From assembly GCF_036676035.1 (NCBI RefSeq), contig NZ_JAKFDR010000057.1, positions 1,572 through 65,571 of the forward strand: a stretch of DNA of 64,000 nucleotides, written 5' to 3'. Shown in pieces: positions 27,389 through 38,658 of this stretch (positions are counted from its first letter, which is position 1; every line of letters starts with the position of its first letter). This stretch comes from Polaromonas sp. GTDB lineage: Bacteria > Pseudomonadota > Gammaproteobacteria > Burkholderiales > Burkholderiaceae_C. A program made the position numbers and the translations under genes. The notes under the pieces were generated by a model. That model did not search any database and was not told the DNA's origin. It worked only from the letters and a program-made list of their open reading frames with translations.

Positions 27389-28285
27389 TTAGAGGGCCGC
27401 GCTGCTTGCGGCCGTCCAGACCTTGAGCGCCTGCACGGTCTCGCGCACATCGTGCACGCGCACGATGCGGGCGCCGCGGTCCACCGCCAGCAAGGCCGCC
27501 GACACACTGGGCACCATCCGGTCCACGGTGTCCAGCTGGGCCACGGCCGCCAGCGAGGTGCTGCTCACCGCCGCGAGCGATGACTTGCGCGACCAGCCGG
27601 CCAGCAGGGGGTAGCCGGCGGCCAGCAAGGCCTGCTGGTGCGCCAGCAATGCAAAGTTCTGCGCCACCGTTTTACCAAAGCCTATGCCCGGGTCCAGCAC
27701 GATGCGGTCTTTGCCAACACCCAGCGCCCGCAAGTCGCGCGCAGACTGCTCAAGGAAGGACAGCACCTGGGCCACCACATCGCCCTCCATGGGAGCGGCT
27801 TGCATGGTTTGAGGCTCCCGGTGCATGTGCATCAGGCAAACCCCGCAGCTGGGGTGGCGAGCCACCACTTGCCGGGCTCCCGGATGGCCCGATGGACCAG
27901 GCTGGGCAGGCTGACGCAAGGCCCAGATGTCGTTGATGATGTCGGCGCCCAGGTCCAGCACGGCCTGCATGACCTCTGGCTTGTAGGTGTCCACGGAAAC
28001 CGGCACGCCGAGCTGCACCGCATGGCGCAGCACCGGCAACACGCGGGCCAGCTCTTCCTCCAGCGGCACGGGCGGCGCGCCGGGGCGCGTCGATTCCCCA
28101 CCAATGTCCAGCATGTCGGCGCCATCCTTGAGCAGCTGTTCGCAATGCCCGAGCACCGCCGACAGGCTGCCGTCCTGCGTGAAATACTTGCCGCCATCCG
28201 AAAACGAGTCCGGCGTCGCATTGACAATGCCCATGACGCGCGGCTGCGACAAGTCAATCTGAAAGCGTGAGGTTTGCCAGATCAC
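27389..28285 (-). CDS. folP: dihydropteroate synthase
   Basis: VMGIVNATPDSFSDGG, DIGGESTRPG, DPGIGFGK, SRKS, RVHDV; GTG start assumed. Confidence 0.96.
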   Translation of the reverse strand: MIWQTSRFQIDLSQPRVMGIVNATPDSFSDGGKYFTQDGSLSAVLGHCEQLLKDGADMLDIGGESTRPGAPPVPLEEELARVLPVLRHAVQLGVPVSVDTYKPEVMQAVLDLGADIINDIWALRQPAQPGPSGHPGARQVVARHPSCGVCLMHMHREPQTMQAAPMEGDVVAQVLSFLEQSARDLRALGVGKDRIVLDPGIGFGKTVAQNFALLAHQQALLAAGYPLLAGWSRKSSLAAVSSTSLAAVAQLDTVDRMVPSVSAALLAVDRGARIVRVHDVRETVQALKVWTAASSAAL

Positions 28286-28320
28286 AGAATGCCCATTGAG
28301 AAAATCAAAATCTGTCTGGA

Positions 28321-28349
28321 AAAAAGAAAACCGGGGACCAGCCCCGGTT
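28321..28349 (-). terminator. intrinsic terminator after ftsH
   Basis: Minus strand AACCGGGG-CTGGT-CCCCGGTT followed by TTCTTTTT. Confidence 0.65.
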
Positions 28350-28387
28350 GTCATGGATCATGGATTCAGTAGACGGGCTGATCCGGC

Positions 28388-30307
28388 TCATGCCACGGTA
28401 TGCGCCGGCTCGGTGCTGACAGCCGGTGTGCCGCCGCTGGGGCCGCCGCCATCCACGGAAGAACTGCGCGGCGCCCAGTCCTTGGGCGGACGCGGCTCTT
28501 TGCCGGCCATGATGTCGTCGAGCTGGTCACCGTCAATGGTTTCCCACTCCAGCAGCGCCTTGGCCATGGCGTGCATCTTGTCCTTGTTGTCTTCAATCAG
28601 CTTGCGCGCCTGGGCGTATTGCTGGTCGATGATGCGGCGCACTTCGTTGTCGACCTTTTGCAGGGTCGACTCGCTCATGTTGTTGGTCTTGGTCACCGAA
28701 CGGCCCAGGAACACTTCGCCTTCGTTCTCGGCGTAGACCATGGGGCCCAGCGCATCGGTCATGCCGTAACGCGTCACCATGTCGCGAGCCAGTGCCGTGG
28801 CGCGCTCGAAGTCGTTGCTGGCGCCGGTGGTCATCTGGTGCATGAAGACTTCTTCGGCAATGCGGCCGCCAAACAGCATGCTGATCTGGCTGAGCATGTA
28901 CTCGCGATCGTAGCTGTAGCGGTCTTGCGCCGGCAGGCTCATGGTCACGCCCAGGGCGCGGCCACGCGGAATGATGGTCACTTTGTGCACCGGGTCGCAC
29001 TTGGGCAGCATCTTGCCGATGAGTGCGTGGCCAGACTCGTGGTAAGCCGTGTTCCTGCGCTCTTCTTCGGGCATCACCATGCTCTTGCGCTCGGGGCCCA
29101 TGAGGATTTTGTCCTTGGCTTTTTCAAAGTCCTGCATCTCCACCACGCGGGCGCTGCGGCGGGCGGCCATCAAGGCGGCTTCGTTGCACAGGTTGGCCAG
29201 GTCGGCGCCTGACATGCCGGGGGTGCCGCGCGCAATCACGCTGGCATTGACGTCCTGGCCGAGCGGCACCTTGCGCATGTGCACGTTGAGAATCTGCTCG
29301 CGGCCCCGGATGTCGGGCAGCGTCACATACACCTGGCGGTCAAAACGGCCGGGGCGCAGCAAGGCGGCATCCAGGATGTCGGGCCGGTTGGTGGCAGCCA
29401 CCACAATCACGCCGGCATTGGTTTCAAAGCCGTCCATCTCGACCAGCATCTGATTGAGGGTTTGTTCACGCTCGTCATTGCCGCCGCCCAGGCCCGCGCC
29501 GCGCTGGCGGCCGACCGCGTCGATTTCATCGATGAAGATGATGCAGGGGGCGTTTTTCTTGGCGTTTTCGAACATGTCGCGCACGCGGGCGGCGCCCACA
29601 CCGACAAACATTTCAACGAAATCGGAACCCGAGATCGAGAAGAACGGCACCTTGGCTTCGCCGGCAATGCCTTTGGCGAGCAGGGTCTTGCCGGTGCCCG
29701 GAGGGCCTACCAGCAGCAGGCCGCGCGGAATGCGTCCGCCCAGCTTCTGGAATTTTTGCGGGTCCTTGAGGAAGTCCACGACTTCCTTGACTTCTTCCTT
29801 GGCCTCGTCGCAGCCGGCCACATCGGCAAAGGTCACGGGATTGGTGGACTCGTCGAGCATGCGCGCCTTGCTCTTGCCAAAGCTGAACGCCCCGCCCTTG
29901 CCGCCGCCCTGCATCTGGCGCATGAAGTAAATCCAGACACCGATCAGCAGCAGCATGGGACCCCAGCTGACCAGCAGGGTCATGAGGAGGGAGCCTTCTT
30001 CGCGGGGTTTGACATCAAACTTCACGTCGTTGGCAATCAGGTCGCCAACCAGGCCGCGGTCCAGGTACGTCGCCGTGGTGCGGATCTTGCGGTCATCGAT
30101 GGTCACGGCTGCAATCTCGGTGCCGCCCTGGCCTTCCGAAATCGTGGCGGTCTTGATGCGCTTGCCGCGGACCTCTTCGAGAAAATCGGAATACCCCAGG
30201 TAGTTCGAGCCGGCGCCGGTGCGCGTATCGAACTGCTTGAAGACGGTGAACAGCACCATTGCAATCACCAGCCAGATTGCAATTTTTGAAAACCACTGAT
30301 TGTTCAA
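28388..30307 (-). CDS. ftsH: ATP-dependent zinc metalloprotease FtsH
   Basis: [26 protein letters not shown]. Confidence 0.98.
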   Translation of the reverse strand: MNNQWFSKIAIWLVIAMVLFTVFKQFDTRTGAGSNYLGYSDFLEEVRGKRIKTATISEGQGGTEIAAVTIDDRKIRTTATYLDRGLVGDLIANDVKFDVKPREEGSLLMTLLVSWGPMLLLIGVWIYFMRQMQGGGKGGAFSFGKSKARMLDESTNPVTFADVAGCDEAKEEVKEVVDFLKDPQKFQKLGGRIPRGLLLVGPPGTGKTLLAKGIAGEAKVPFFSISGSDFVEMFVGVGAARVRDMFENAKKNAPCIIFIDEIDAVGRQRGAGLGGGNDEREQTLNQMLVEMDGFETNAGVIVVAATNRPDILDAALLRPGRFDRQVYVTLPDIRGREQILNVHMRKVPLGQDVNASVIARGTPGMSGADLANLCNEAALMAARRSARVVEMQDFEKAKDKILMGPERKSMVMPEEERRNTAYHESGHALIGKMLPKCDPVHKVTIIPRGRALGVTMSLPAQDRYSYDREYMLSQISMLFGGRIAEEVFMHQMTTGASNDFERATALARDMVTRYGMTDALGPMVYAENEGEVFLGRSVTKTNNMSESTLQKVDNEVRRIIDQQYAQARKLIEDNKDKMHAMAKALLEWETIDGDQLDDIMAGKEPRPPKDWAPRSSSVDGGGPSGGTPAVSTEPAHTVA

Positions 30308-30431
30308 GGACTACTCCGATGTAAGCACAAAAGGCACATACGGTTGATTTTAGGTCTTTCAAGGGCTAAAACCGCATAAATAGGCGGCACACCCCTTGCT
30401 TTAGGACGGGTTTAGGTGATTTTTGACCATT

Positions 30432-31127
30432 TCAAACCACCTCGGGCACCGATTTCCCATTCTTTTTAAGACCAATACCCACCAGAAAGGTTTCCGACGA
30501 GTTGGGGCGCGAGGCCTTGGGCTTGATGGGTTTGACCACCTTGAAAGTGTCCTTGAACAGCTTGACCAGCGGGCTGTAGCTGCTGCCATGAAACACCTTG
30601 ACCAGCAGCGCACCATCGGCTTTCAGGTGGCTTTGGGCAAAGTCCACGGCCAGTTCCACCAGGTGGGTGATGCGCGCCGCGTCGGCGGACTCAATGCCCG
30701 ACAGATTGGGCGCCATGTCTGAAATAACCACATCAACCTTGACGAAGCCCTTGTCGGAGCTCAAAGTCTGCTCCAGTTTTTGCAGCACTTGCGGCTCCCG
30801 GAAGTCGCCCTGGATGAAGACCACGCCCTCCACAGGTTCCATCGGCAAAATGTCCAGCGCCACGATACGGCCGTTGAGCTCGCCCGCGGCCGCCCCGGAA
30901 GGTGACAGCTTGCGGCGCGCGTACTGGCTCCAGGCGCCGGGCGTGCTGCCCAGATCCACCACGCAATGGCCGGGCTTGATCAGGCCCAGCGTTTCGTCAA
31001 TCTCCTTGAGCTTGTAGGCCGCCCTTGCCCGATAGCCCTCTTTCTGGGCCAGCTTGACATAGGTATCGTTAACGTGGTCGTTTAACCACGCTTTATTGAC
31101 CTTTTTGCTTTTAGTATTTACTTTCAT
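30432..31127 (-). CDS. rlmE: 23S rRNA Um2552 methyltransferase
   Basis: [36 protein letters not shown]. Confidence 0.96.
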   Translation of the reverse strand: MKVNTKSKKVNKAWLNDHVNDTYVKLAQKEGYRARAAYKLKEIDETLGLIKPGHCVVDLGSTPGAWSQYARRKLSPSGAAAGELNGRIVALDILPMEPVEGVVFIQGDFREPQVLQKLEQTLSSDKGFVKVDVVISDMAPNLSGIESADAARITHLVELAVDFAQSHLKADGALLVKVFHGSSYSPLVKLFKDTFKVVKPIKPKASRPNSSETFLVGIGLKKNGKSVPEVV

Positions 31128-31158
31128 GCGTCTATTGTCCTCTCACCGATAATCAGGC

Positions 31159-31632
31159 ATGGCTCAAATACAACTTACCCCCGCCCAGCGCAAAGAACAC
31201 CGTGCCAATGCACACCACCTCAATGCCGTGGTGATGATTGGTTCGGACGGCCTGACGGCTGCCGTCAAAAAGGAAACCGACGCTGCGCTGAACTCGCACG
31301 GGCTGATCAAGATCCGGGTGCTGTCCGACGACCGCGCCGGTCGGGAAACCATTTTCCAGACCCTGGCCGACGAGCTCAATGCCGCGCCCATCCAGCACAT
31401 CGGCAAGCTGCTGGTGCTGTGGCGCCCCATGCCGGAAAAAGTAAAAAAGGTCAACGAAGACCGCATGCCCGGCCCGCGCGATGTGAAAGTGCTGAAAAAC
31501 AGCACGCGCTACGGTCAGCGGCCCGAAGTCAAAATCCTGCGCGTGCTCGGCAACCAGCGCCTGACGCCGGGCGGCACGGTCAAGCGCGCCAAGCCCAAGC
31601 AGCGCAGCATCAAGAAAAGCGCGCAAGACTGA
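31159..31632 (+). CDS. yhbY: YhbY RNA-binding protein with basic C-terminal extension
   Basis: AHHLNAVVMIG, HGLIKIRV, IQHIGKLLVLWRP. Confidence 0.9.
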   Translation: MAQIQLTPAQRKEHRANAHHLNAVVMIGSDGLTAAVKKETDAALNSHGLIKIRVLSDDRAGRETIFQTLADELNAAPIQHIGKLLVLWRPMPEKVKKVNEDRMPGPRDVKVLKNSTRYGQRPEVKILRVLGNQRLTPGGTVKRAKPKQRSIKKSAQD

Positions 31633-31746
31633 GGGACAGGGACTGGCCACCGGCTTGTGCCTCTTTTGTCCTCTTCTTGGTGCGCCCCGGGGTACTTTCC
31701 CATGGGTCCCCTTTAGATTCGCTCTTATAGCCCACAGCTTTCTGCC

Positions 31747-33819
31747 ATGACCAATCCACTGCTCGACTTTTCCGACCTTCCGCTGTTTGACCGCATCCTG
31801 CCCGAGCATGTCGGCCCCGCCGTCGACGAGTTGCTGCTCAAGGCCGATGCCGCGCTGGAGCAGGTCACGGCCCCCGGTTTTCCGGCGCGCTGGACCGATA
31901 TGGCCGCGGTGCTGGATGTGGCCACCGAGAACCTGGGCCGTGCCTGGGGCGCGGTGAGCCACCTCAACAGCGTGGCCGACACCCCCGAGCTGCGTGCCGC
32001 CTACAACGCCGCCCTGCCCAAAGTCACCGAGTTTTACACCCGTCTGGGTGCCGACGAGCGGCTGTACGCCAAGTACAAGGCCATTGATGTCGCCACCCTC
32101 AATGCCGAGCAGTGCCAGGCCCACAAAAATGCCATGCGCAACTTTGTGCTGTCGGGCGCCGAACTGGTGGGCGCCGCCAAGGAGCGTTTTGCCCAGATCC
32201 AGGAACGCCAGGCCGAACTGAGCCAGAAATTCAGCGAAAACGCGCTGGACGCCACCGATGCCTTTGCCTATTACGCCCGGGCCGACGAGCTGGCGGGCGT
32301 GCCCGAAGACGTGCGCCAGACGGCCCGCGCCCAGGCCGAGGCCGAAGGCAAAGACGGCTACAAGCTCACCCTGAAAATGCCCAGCTACCTGCCCGTCATG
32401 CAGTTTGCCGACAGCAGCGCGCTGCGCGAAACCCTGTACCAGGCCTACAACACCCGCGCCAGCGACCAGGCGAGCGCCGAATTCAGCCAGTACGACAACA
32501 GCGCCGTCATGCGCGAAACCCTCGCGCTGCGGCTCGAAGAAGCGCAGCTGCTCGGCTACCGCAACTTCGGTGAAGTCTCGGTGGTGGCCAAAATGGCCGA
32601 ATCGCCCGAGCAGGTCATTGGCTTTTTGCGCGACCTGGCCCGCCGCGCCCGCCCCCATGCCGAACAAGACGTCGCCGACCTGCACGCCTTTGCCGCTGAC
32701 GCACTGAAGCTGCAAAACCCCCAGCCCTGGGACTACGCCTACATCGGCGAAAAGCTCAAGGAAGCCCGCTACGCCTTCAGCGAGCAGGAGGTCAAGCAAT
32801 ACTTCACCGCGCCCAAGGTGCTGGCGGGTCTTTTCAAAATCGTGGAAACCCTGTTTGAAGTGGCCATCCGCAAAGACTCGGCACCTGTCTGGAAACCCGG
32901 CGTGGAGTTTTACCGGATCGAACGTACCGGTCAGCTCGTCGGCCAGTTTTACCTGGACCCGGCCGCCCGCACCGGCAAGCGTGGCGGCGCCTGGATGGAC
33001 GACGTGCGTGCCCGCTGGCTGCGCCCCGACACCGGCAAGCTGCAAACCCCGGTGGCGCACCTGGTCTGCAACTTTGCAGAGGGCGTGGGCGGCAAACCGC
33101 CGCTGCTGACGCACGACGACGTGACCACGCTGTTTCACGAGTTCGGCCACGGCCTGCACCACATGCTCACGCAGGTCAATGAGCGCGATGTCTCGGGCAT
33201 CAGCGGCGTCGAATGGGATGCCGTCGAGCTGCCCAGCCAATTCATGGAAAACTTCTGCTGGGAATGGGATGTGCTCAAGCACATGACAGCCCATGTGGAC
33301 ACCGGCGAGCCCCTGCCGCGCGCCCTGTTCGACAAAATGCTGGCCGCCAAAAACTTCCAGAGCGGCATGCAGACGCTGCGCCAGATCGAACTCTCGCTGT
33401 TTGACATGCTGCTGCACACGCAGCACCAGCCCGAAGAAGACCTGATGGCCCTGCTGGCCGAGGTGCGCAAAGAGGTCGCCGTGATCACGCCGCCCGCCTA
33501 CAGCCGCACGGCGCATACATTCAGTCACATTTTTTCTGGCGGTTATGCGGCCGGCTATTACAGCTACAAATGGGCCGAGGTTCTCTCTGCCGACGCCTAT
33601 GCCGCCTTCGAAGAATCAGCCCGGCCCGTCATCCCGGGCGCAGGTGCAGACACGGGTGACGGGCTGGCGTCCAGCACCGTTTCGGTGGAAACTGGCCGAA
33701 AATACCGCCAGGAAATTCTGGAAACCGGCGGCAGCCGCCCTGCCATGGAATCGTTCAAGGCCTTCCGGGGCCGTGAGCCTTCGATTGATGCGCTGCTGCG
33801 CCACCAGGGCATGGCTTGA
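31747..33819 (+). CDS. prlC: oligopeptidase A (M3)
   Basis: MTNPLL, GKRGGAWM, HEFGHGLH, DAVELPSQFMEN, GYAAGYYSYKWAE. Confidence 0.95.
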   Translation: MTNPLLDFSDLPLFDRILPEHVGPAVDELLLKADAALEQVTAPGFPARWTDMAAVLDVATENLGRAWGAVSHLNSVADTPELRAAYNAALPKVTEFYTRLGADERLYAKYKAIDVATLNAEQCQAHKNAMRNFVLSGAELVGAAKERFAQIQERQAELSQKFSENALDATDAFAYYARADELAGVPEDVRQTARAQAEAEGKDGYKLTLKMPSYLPVMQFADSSALRETLYQAYNTRASDQASAEFSQYDNSAVMRETLALRLEEAQLLGYRNFGEVSVVAKMAESPEQVIGFLRDLARRARPHAEQDVADLHAFAADALKLQNPQPWDYAYIGEKLKEARYAFSEQEVKQYFTAPKVLAGLFKIVETLFEVAIRKDSAPVWKPGVEFYRIERTGQLVGQFYLDPAARTGKRGGAWMDDVRARWLRPDTGKLQTPVAHLVCNFAEGVGGKPPLLTHDDVTTLFHEFGHGLHHMLTQVNERDVSGISGVEWDAVELPSQFMENFCWEWDVLKHMTAHVDTGEPLPRALFDKMLAAKNFQSGMQTLRQIELSLFDMLLHTQHQPEEDLMALLAEVRKEVAVITPPAYSRTAHTFSHIFSGGYAAGYYSYKWAEVLSADAYAAFEESARPVIPGAGADTGDGLASSTVSVETGRKYRQEILETGGSRPAMESFKAFRGREPSIDALLRHQGMA

Positions 33820-33858
33820 AGACCGTTTGAAGACTGACTGGACCGACTGGAGAGATTG

Positions 33859-34533
33859 ATGACATCGAACGTGATTGAATTTCTGGCCCCCAAAGCTGCC
33901 GCGCTTGCAGCCGTGGTGCTGACAGGCAGCCTGTGGGCGCCACTGACCCAGGCCCAGCAGGTCTACCGCATCGTCGGCCCGGACGGCAAGATCACTTTCT
34001 CGGACCAGCCACCACCGCCATCGAGCAATGCCAAGGTCAGCAGCGCGACGGCCAGTGCGTCGAAAGGAGTGGCCACGGCCAACCTGCCTTTTGAGTTGCG
34101 GCAGGTCGCCAACCAGTACCCGGTCACGCTTTACACCGGCGACAACTGCAGCCCCTGCGCTTCGGCGCGCACCATGCTGAGCAACCGCGGCATTCCTTTT
34201 GCCGAAAGAACCGTCAATACCCCCGAAGACGCCCAGGCCCTGCAGCGCATGAGCGGCGACACCTCACTGCCCTTTGCGACCATTGGCAGCCAGCAGCTCA
34301 AGGGGTTTTCGGACGCCGAATGGACGCAGTTCCTCGACGCGGCGGGCTACCCCAAAACCTCGGTGCTGCCCGCCAGCTACCGCCAGGCGCCGGCCACACC
34401 GCTGGTGACGGTAAGCACCGCACCTGCGGCCAATGGCAGCAATCCGGCACAAGCCAGTGCTCCCGCACGCCCGGCCCGGCCGGCCCCTGCGCCGCAACCG
34501 TCTGCCGAGAACCCCGCAGGCATCCGGTTTTAA
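33859..34533 (+). CDS. exported DUF4124 plus glutaredoxin-like protein
   Basis: Signal peptide; VYRIVGPDGKITFSDQPP; CSPC; SLPFATIG. Confidence 0.8.
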   Translation: MTSNVIEFLAPKAAALAAVVLTGSLWAPLTQAQQVYRIVGPDGKITFSDQPPPPSSNAKVSSATASASKGVATANLPFELRQVANQYPVTLYTGDNCSPCASARTMLSNRGIPFAERTVNTPEDAQALQRMSGDTSLPFATIGSQQLKGFSDAEWTQFLDAAGYPKTSVLPASYRQAPATPLVTVSTAPAANGSNPAQASAPARPARPAPAPQPSAENPAGIRF

Positions 34534-34557
34534 GTACGTTGAGCCGATTGGCGTGGT

Positions 34558-34584
34558 GCCCGGGGCCCGCGCGGGGCCCCGGGC
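34558..34584. terminator. GC hairpin between convergent genes
   Basis: GCCCGGGGCCC-GCGCG-GGGCCCCGGGC. Confidence 0.55.
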
Positions 34585-35256
34585 TTAAAACACCAGGGTC
34601 TTGACGCCGCCCGGCGCCCCCAGCAGGCACACGCTGGCCTTCTGGAAGGCAAACACCCCCACCGTCACCACGCCCGGCCACTGGTTCACCTGGGATTCAA
34701 ACGCCAGCGGGTCGGCGATCTTCAGACCCGTCACGTCCAGAATGTGCTGGCCGTTGTCGGTCAGCAGGGGCACACCGTTTTTGAGCCGCAGGGTCGCGCT
34801 GCCGCCCATTGCGGCAAACTGGCGCGCAATGCGCTTGGCGGCCATGGGAATCACCTCCACGGGCAGGGGAAAATTGCCCAGCGTTTGCACCAGCTTGGAC
34901 TCATCGGCAATGCAGACAAATTTGCGAGACTGCGCCGCCACGATTTTTTCGCGCGTGAGCGCCGCGCCGCCACCCTTGATCATGTAGCCGGCATGGTCGA
35001 TCTCGTCGGCGCCGTCGATATAGACCGCCAGTTCATCGACCTCGGTGGCGTCGAACACCTTGATGCCCAGCGCCTGCAGGCGCTCGGTGGAGGCCACCGA
35101 GCTGGAGACGGCGCCGGCAATCTGCGCCTTCATGCCGGCCAGGGCGTCAATGAATTTGTTGACGGTGGAGCCGGTGCCCACCCCCACGATGGTGCCGGGC
35201 TGGACATAGTGCAGGGCCGCTTGGCCTACCAGTGTTTTGAGTTCGTCTTGGGTCAT
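34585..35256 (-). CDS. rpiA: ribose-5-phosphate isomerase A
   Basis: [25 protein letters not shown]. Confidence 0.97.
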   Translation of the reverse strand: MTQDELKTLVGQAALHYVQPGTIVGVGTGSTVNKFIDALAGMKAQIAGAVSSSVASTERLQALGIKVFDATEVDELAVYIDGADEIDHAGYMIKGGGAALTREKIVAAQSRKFVCIADESKLVQTLGNFPLPVEVIPMAAKRIARQFAAMGGSATLRLKNGVPLLTDNGQHILDVTGLKIADPLAFESQVNQWPGVVTVGVFAFQKASVCLLGAPGGVKTLVF

Positions 35257-35358
35257 GTTCTGGGTCATTGCGGTGATGGGCTGGGTTTTTGCGACAATTG
35301 AAGGCTCCTGGCTTGCGGGCAACCCCCAAGCCGCACAGCCCTCTGCCTGAATTATCCA

Positions 35359-36420
35359 ATGCCCCTGCTCCCCTACGCCCTGGCCCGCCCCTTTTTATTT
35401 GGTCTGGACCCTGAAACCGCCCACGAACTGACCATGGCCTCGCTGGCACGCATCCAGCGCACGCCGCTTGAACTGGCCTATTGCTCGGGCCGGGTGAGCG
35501 ACCCGATCGAGCTGGCCGGACTGAAGTTTCCCAACCGGGTCGGCCTGGCCGCCGGGCTGGACAAAAACGCGCGCTGCATCGATGGCCTGGCCGCCATGGG
35601 TTTTGGCTTTGTCGAGGTGGGCACCGTCACGCCCAAGGCCCAGCCGGGCAACCCCAAGCCGCGCATGTTCCGCCTGCCCGAAGCCAACGCGCTGATCAAC
35701 CGCCTGGGCTTCAACAACGACGGGCTGGACGCCTTCATTGCCAATGTGCAGCAATCCAGATTTCGCCAGCAGAACCCGAAAAACCCCTTGCTGCTGGGCC
35801 TGAACATCGGCAAAAACGCCGCCACCCCGATTGAGAACGCGGTCGACGACTACCTGGTCTGCCTCGACGGCGTCTACCCGCACGCCGACTACGTCACCGT
35901 CAATATCTCCAGCCCCAACACCAAAAACCTGCGGGCGCTGCAAAGCGACGAAGCCCTGGACGGTTTGCTCGGCGCCCTGGCCGAGCGCCGCGAAGCGCTG
36001 GCCCGCCTGCACGGCAAACATGTGCCCCTCTTCGTCAAGATCGCCCCCGACCTGGATGAAGCGCAGGTTGACGTGATTGCCGCGACCCTCAAACGCCATG
36101 GCATGGACGGCGTGGTCGCCACCAACACCACGCTGAACCGCGAGGCCGTCAAACACCTGCGCCACGCCGAAGAAGCCGGCGGCCTGAGCGGCGCCCCCGT
36201 GCTTGAAGCCAGCAACCGCGTGATTGCCCAGTTGCGTGCGGCCCTGGGCACGGGCTTTCCCATCATCGGCGTGGGCGGCGTGATGAGCGGTGCCGACGCG
36301 GTCTCCAAAATCCGCGCCGGCGCTGACGTGGTGCAGATCTACACCGGCCTGATCTACAAAGGCCCGGAGCTTGTCGCCGAGGCTGCCAATTCCATTAAAC
36401 AGAGCAAAAACAGCCGTTAG
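35359..36420 (+). CDS. pyrD: dihydroorotate dehydrogenase (quinone)
   Basis: [41 protein letters not shown]. Confidence 0.97.
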   Translation: MPLLPYALARPFLFGLDPETAHELTMASLARIQRTPLELAYCSGRVSDPIELAGLKFPNRVGLAAGLDKNARCIDGLAAMGFGFVEVGTVTPKAQPGNPKPRMFRLPEANALINRLGFNNDGLDAFIANVQQSRFRQQNPKNPLLLGLNIGKNAATPIENAVDDYLVCLDGVYPHADYVTVNISSPNTKNLRALQSDEALDGLLGALAERREALARLHGKHVPLFVKIAPDLDEAQVDVIAATLKRHGMDGVVATNTTLNREAVKHLRHAEEAGGLSGAPVLEASNRVIAQLRAALGTGFPIIGVGGVMSGADAVSKIRAGADVVQIYTGLIYKGPELVAEAANSIKQSKNSR

Positions 36421-36461
36421 CCCTTAAGAAGTATGCACAAGCAGCTATTGTTTTCGTAGCA
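36408..36461 (+). repeat. 54-bp repeat supplying the stop codons of both convergent genes
   Basis: aaacagccgtTAGcccttaag...gcagCTAttgttttcgtagca; contains the pyrD TAG (36418-20) and the opposite-strand TAG (36445-47). Confidence 0.75.
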
Positions 36462-37554
36462 AATCGCCGACATGCTCGCCAATTGCCAGCGCACTGGTCA
36501 GCCCCGGCGACTCGATGCCGAACAGGTTGACCAGCCCCGGCACGCCGTGCTCGGCCGGACCCTGGATCAAAAAGTCCTTGGCCGGCTCATGAGGGGGCCC
36601 AATCTTGGGGCGCAGGCCCGCGTAGCCGGGAATCAGGGCGCCGTCCTGCAGCACCGGCCAGTACTTGCGCACCTCGGCGTAAAACGCGTCGCCGCGCGCC
36701 GGGTCCACCACCAGATCGTCGGGGGAGTCCACCCACTGCACGTCGGGACCGAATTTGGCCTGGCCGCCCAGATCAATTGTCAGGTGTACGCCAAGCCCGG
36801 CGGCCTCGGGCACCGGGTAAATCAGGCGCTGAAATGGCGAGCGGCCTGAGAGCGTGAAGTAATTGCCTTTGGCGTAATAACTTGCCGGCACAAAGCGCGC
36901 GGACAGCCCCGCAAAACGCTGGGCCAGCGCCGGCGCGTACAGACCCGCCGCGTTGACCACGCTGCGCGCCTGCAGCTCGGTGCCGTCTTTTGCTATCAAA
37001 TGAATAGCTGCTGGCGAACATTCAGCATGGGCCAGGGGCGAATTGAGCACCACCATCCCGCCGGCGTTCTCGAGGTCGCCCTGCAGCGCCAGCATCAGGG
37101 CATGGCTGTCCACAATGCCGGTGCTGGGTGACTGCACGGCGGCCACGCAGTCCAGCTGCGGCTCCAGCGCCCTCGCCTGCTCGCGCGTGAGCAGCAGCAG
37201 ATCGTGCACGCCATTGGCGGCAGCCTTGGCGATGATGGTCTGCAACTGCGCCACCTGCGCCTGGCTGGTCGCCACAATCAGTTTGCCGCAGCGGCGGTGC
37301 GCAATGCCGCGCTCGCCGCAGTAGGCGTACAGCAGCGCCTTGCCCTGCACGCACAGCCTGGCCTTGAGCGAGCCTTGCGGGTAGTAAATGCCGGCGTGGA
37401 TGACCTCGCTGTTGCGCGAGCTGGTGCCCGTGCCAATCGCGTCTGCCGCCTCCAGCACCATCACCTCGCGGCCCTGCAAAGCCAGCGCACGCGCCACGGC
37501 CAGCCCCACCACACCCGCACCCACCACCACGCAATCGACCTGGTCCACGCTCAT
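36445..37554 (-). CDS. FAD-dependent oxidoreductase, L-2-hydroxyglutarate oxidase (LhgO)-like
   Basis: [49 protein letters not shown]. Confidence 0.85.
   Translation of the reverse strand: MSVDQVDCVVVGAGVVGLAVARALALQGREVMVLEAADAIGTGTSSRNSEVIHAGIYYPQGSLKARLCVQGKALLYAYCGERGIAHRRCGKLIVATSQAQVAQLQTIIAKAAANGVHDLLLLTREQARALEPQLDCVAAVQSPSTGIVDSHALMLALQGDLENAGGMVVLNSPLAHAECSPAAIHLIAKDGTELQARSVVNAAGLYAPALAQRFAGLSARFVPASYYAKGNYFTLSGRSPFQRLIYPVPEAAGLGVHLTIDLGGQAKFGPDVQWVDSPDDLVVDPARGDAFYAEVRKYWPVLQDGALIPGYAGLRPKIGPPHEPAKDFLIQGPAEHGVPGLVNLFGIESPGLTSALAIGEHVGDLLRKQ
36991..37044 (-). repeat. 54-bp repeat, in frame within the LhgO-like gene
   Basis: tgctatcaaatgaatagctgctggcgaac...gggccaggggcgaatt encodes [18 protein letters not shown]. 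Confidence 0.8.
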
Positions 37555-37573
37555 ATGTCTGCTCTTGCTTCCA

Positions 37574-38611
37574 TCAAACCTGCTCGAAGCCCTCAATCAC
37601 ATTGACGGCGTTCACGCCCAACTCGGCCGCCGCGTAGCCGCCCTCCAGCACAAACACGGTCGACAGGCCCAGCCTGCCCAGGCGCTCGCCCAGGCGGGAA
37701 AAGTCGCCGGACTGCAGCGCAAACTTCGAGATCGGGTCATCGGCAAAGGTGTCCAGCCCCAGCGAGACCACCAGCGCCTCAGCACCGTACTGCGCGATGC
37801 GCCGGCAGGCCGTTTCAAGCGCCTCAAACCAGTGCGGCACTGTGCAGCCGGCCGGTAGCGGCAGGTTCAGGTTGAAGCCCGCGCCGGCGCCTTCACCGGT
37901 TTCGTCGGCATGCCCCAGGTAAAAAGGATATTCCGTGCGCGGGTCGCCATGCACGCTGACAAACAGCACGTCGGCGCGTTCGTAAAAAATGCTTTGCGTG
38001 CCGTTGCCGTGGTGGTAGTCCACGTCCAGCACGGCCACCCGGGCGGCGCCCGCGTCGCGCAGTGCCTGCGCGGCCACGGCCGCATTGTTCAAAAAGCAGT
38101 AGCCGCCCATGAAGTCGGCCCCGGCATGGTGGCCGGGCGGGCGGCTGCAGCAAAACACGGCGCGCTGGCCCTCGCCCAGCAGGGCCGCGGCGCTGGCAGC
38201 GGCATCGGCCCCGGCTTTGGCGGCGGCCCAGGTGCCGGCCACCATGGGCGAGCCGTTGTCCATGGAGTAAAGCCCCAGCCGGGCGATGAAGTTGGCCGGT
38301 TCGATATCGCTGCGCAAGGTGCGCACCGGCCAGACCGAGGGAAAAGGCTGGCGCTGCTCATTGCCAGGCTCCAGCGCCGCCCAGTCGCGCCAGGCCTGCT
38401 GCAGAAACGCCAGGTAGCGCGCCGTGTGGACCTTGCCCAGCACCGCACGGCTGTCCACCTGCGGCGAACGCAGCACATGGCCGCGCTCGGTCAGACGGGT
38501 CTTGACGAAATCGGCCCGGGCCGGGGTTTCAAAGCAAGGCACGCGGTCGCCGCGAAAAAATTCAAAGGCCGGGGCATGGGACTGGTGACTGTCGCTGAAG
38601 AAGGTAATCAT
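37574..38611 (-). CDS. histone deacetylase family (acetylpolyamine amidohydrolase-like)
   Basis: [35 protein letters not shown]. Confidence 0.9.
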   Translation of the reverse strand: MITFFSDSHQSHAPAFEFFRGDRVPCFETPARADFVKTRLTERGHVLRSPQVDSRAVLGKVHTARYLAFLQQAWRDWAALEPGNEQRQPFPSVWPVRTLRSDIEPANFIARLGLYSMDNGSPMVAGTWAAAKAGADAAASAAALLGEGQRAVFCCSRPPGHHAGADFMGGYCFLNNAAVAAQALRDAGAARVAVLDVDYHHGNGTQSIFYERADVLFVSVHGDPRTEYPFYLGHADETGEGAGAGFNLNLPLPAGCTVPHWFEALETACRRIAQYGAEALVVSLGLDTFADDPISKFALQSGDFSRLGERLGRLGLSTVFVLEGGYAAAELGVNAVNVIEGFEQV

Positions 38612-38658
38612 GGTCAGAGTCGGCGTGAAGGCGCCCCCGAAACATGGGGCGATGAAGG

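Noticed and set aside
31153-33528. 791-aa minus-strand ORF
   Set aside because: Antisense shadow of prlC/yhbY in GC-rich DNA; no motifs.
35245-35268. ATGACCCAGAAC-ATGACCCAAGAC duplication at the rpiA start
   Set aside because: A 12-bp imperfect duplication that only affects start-codon choice.
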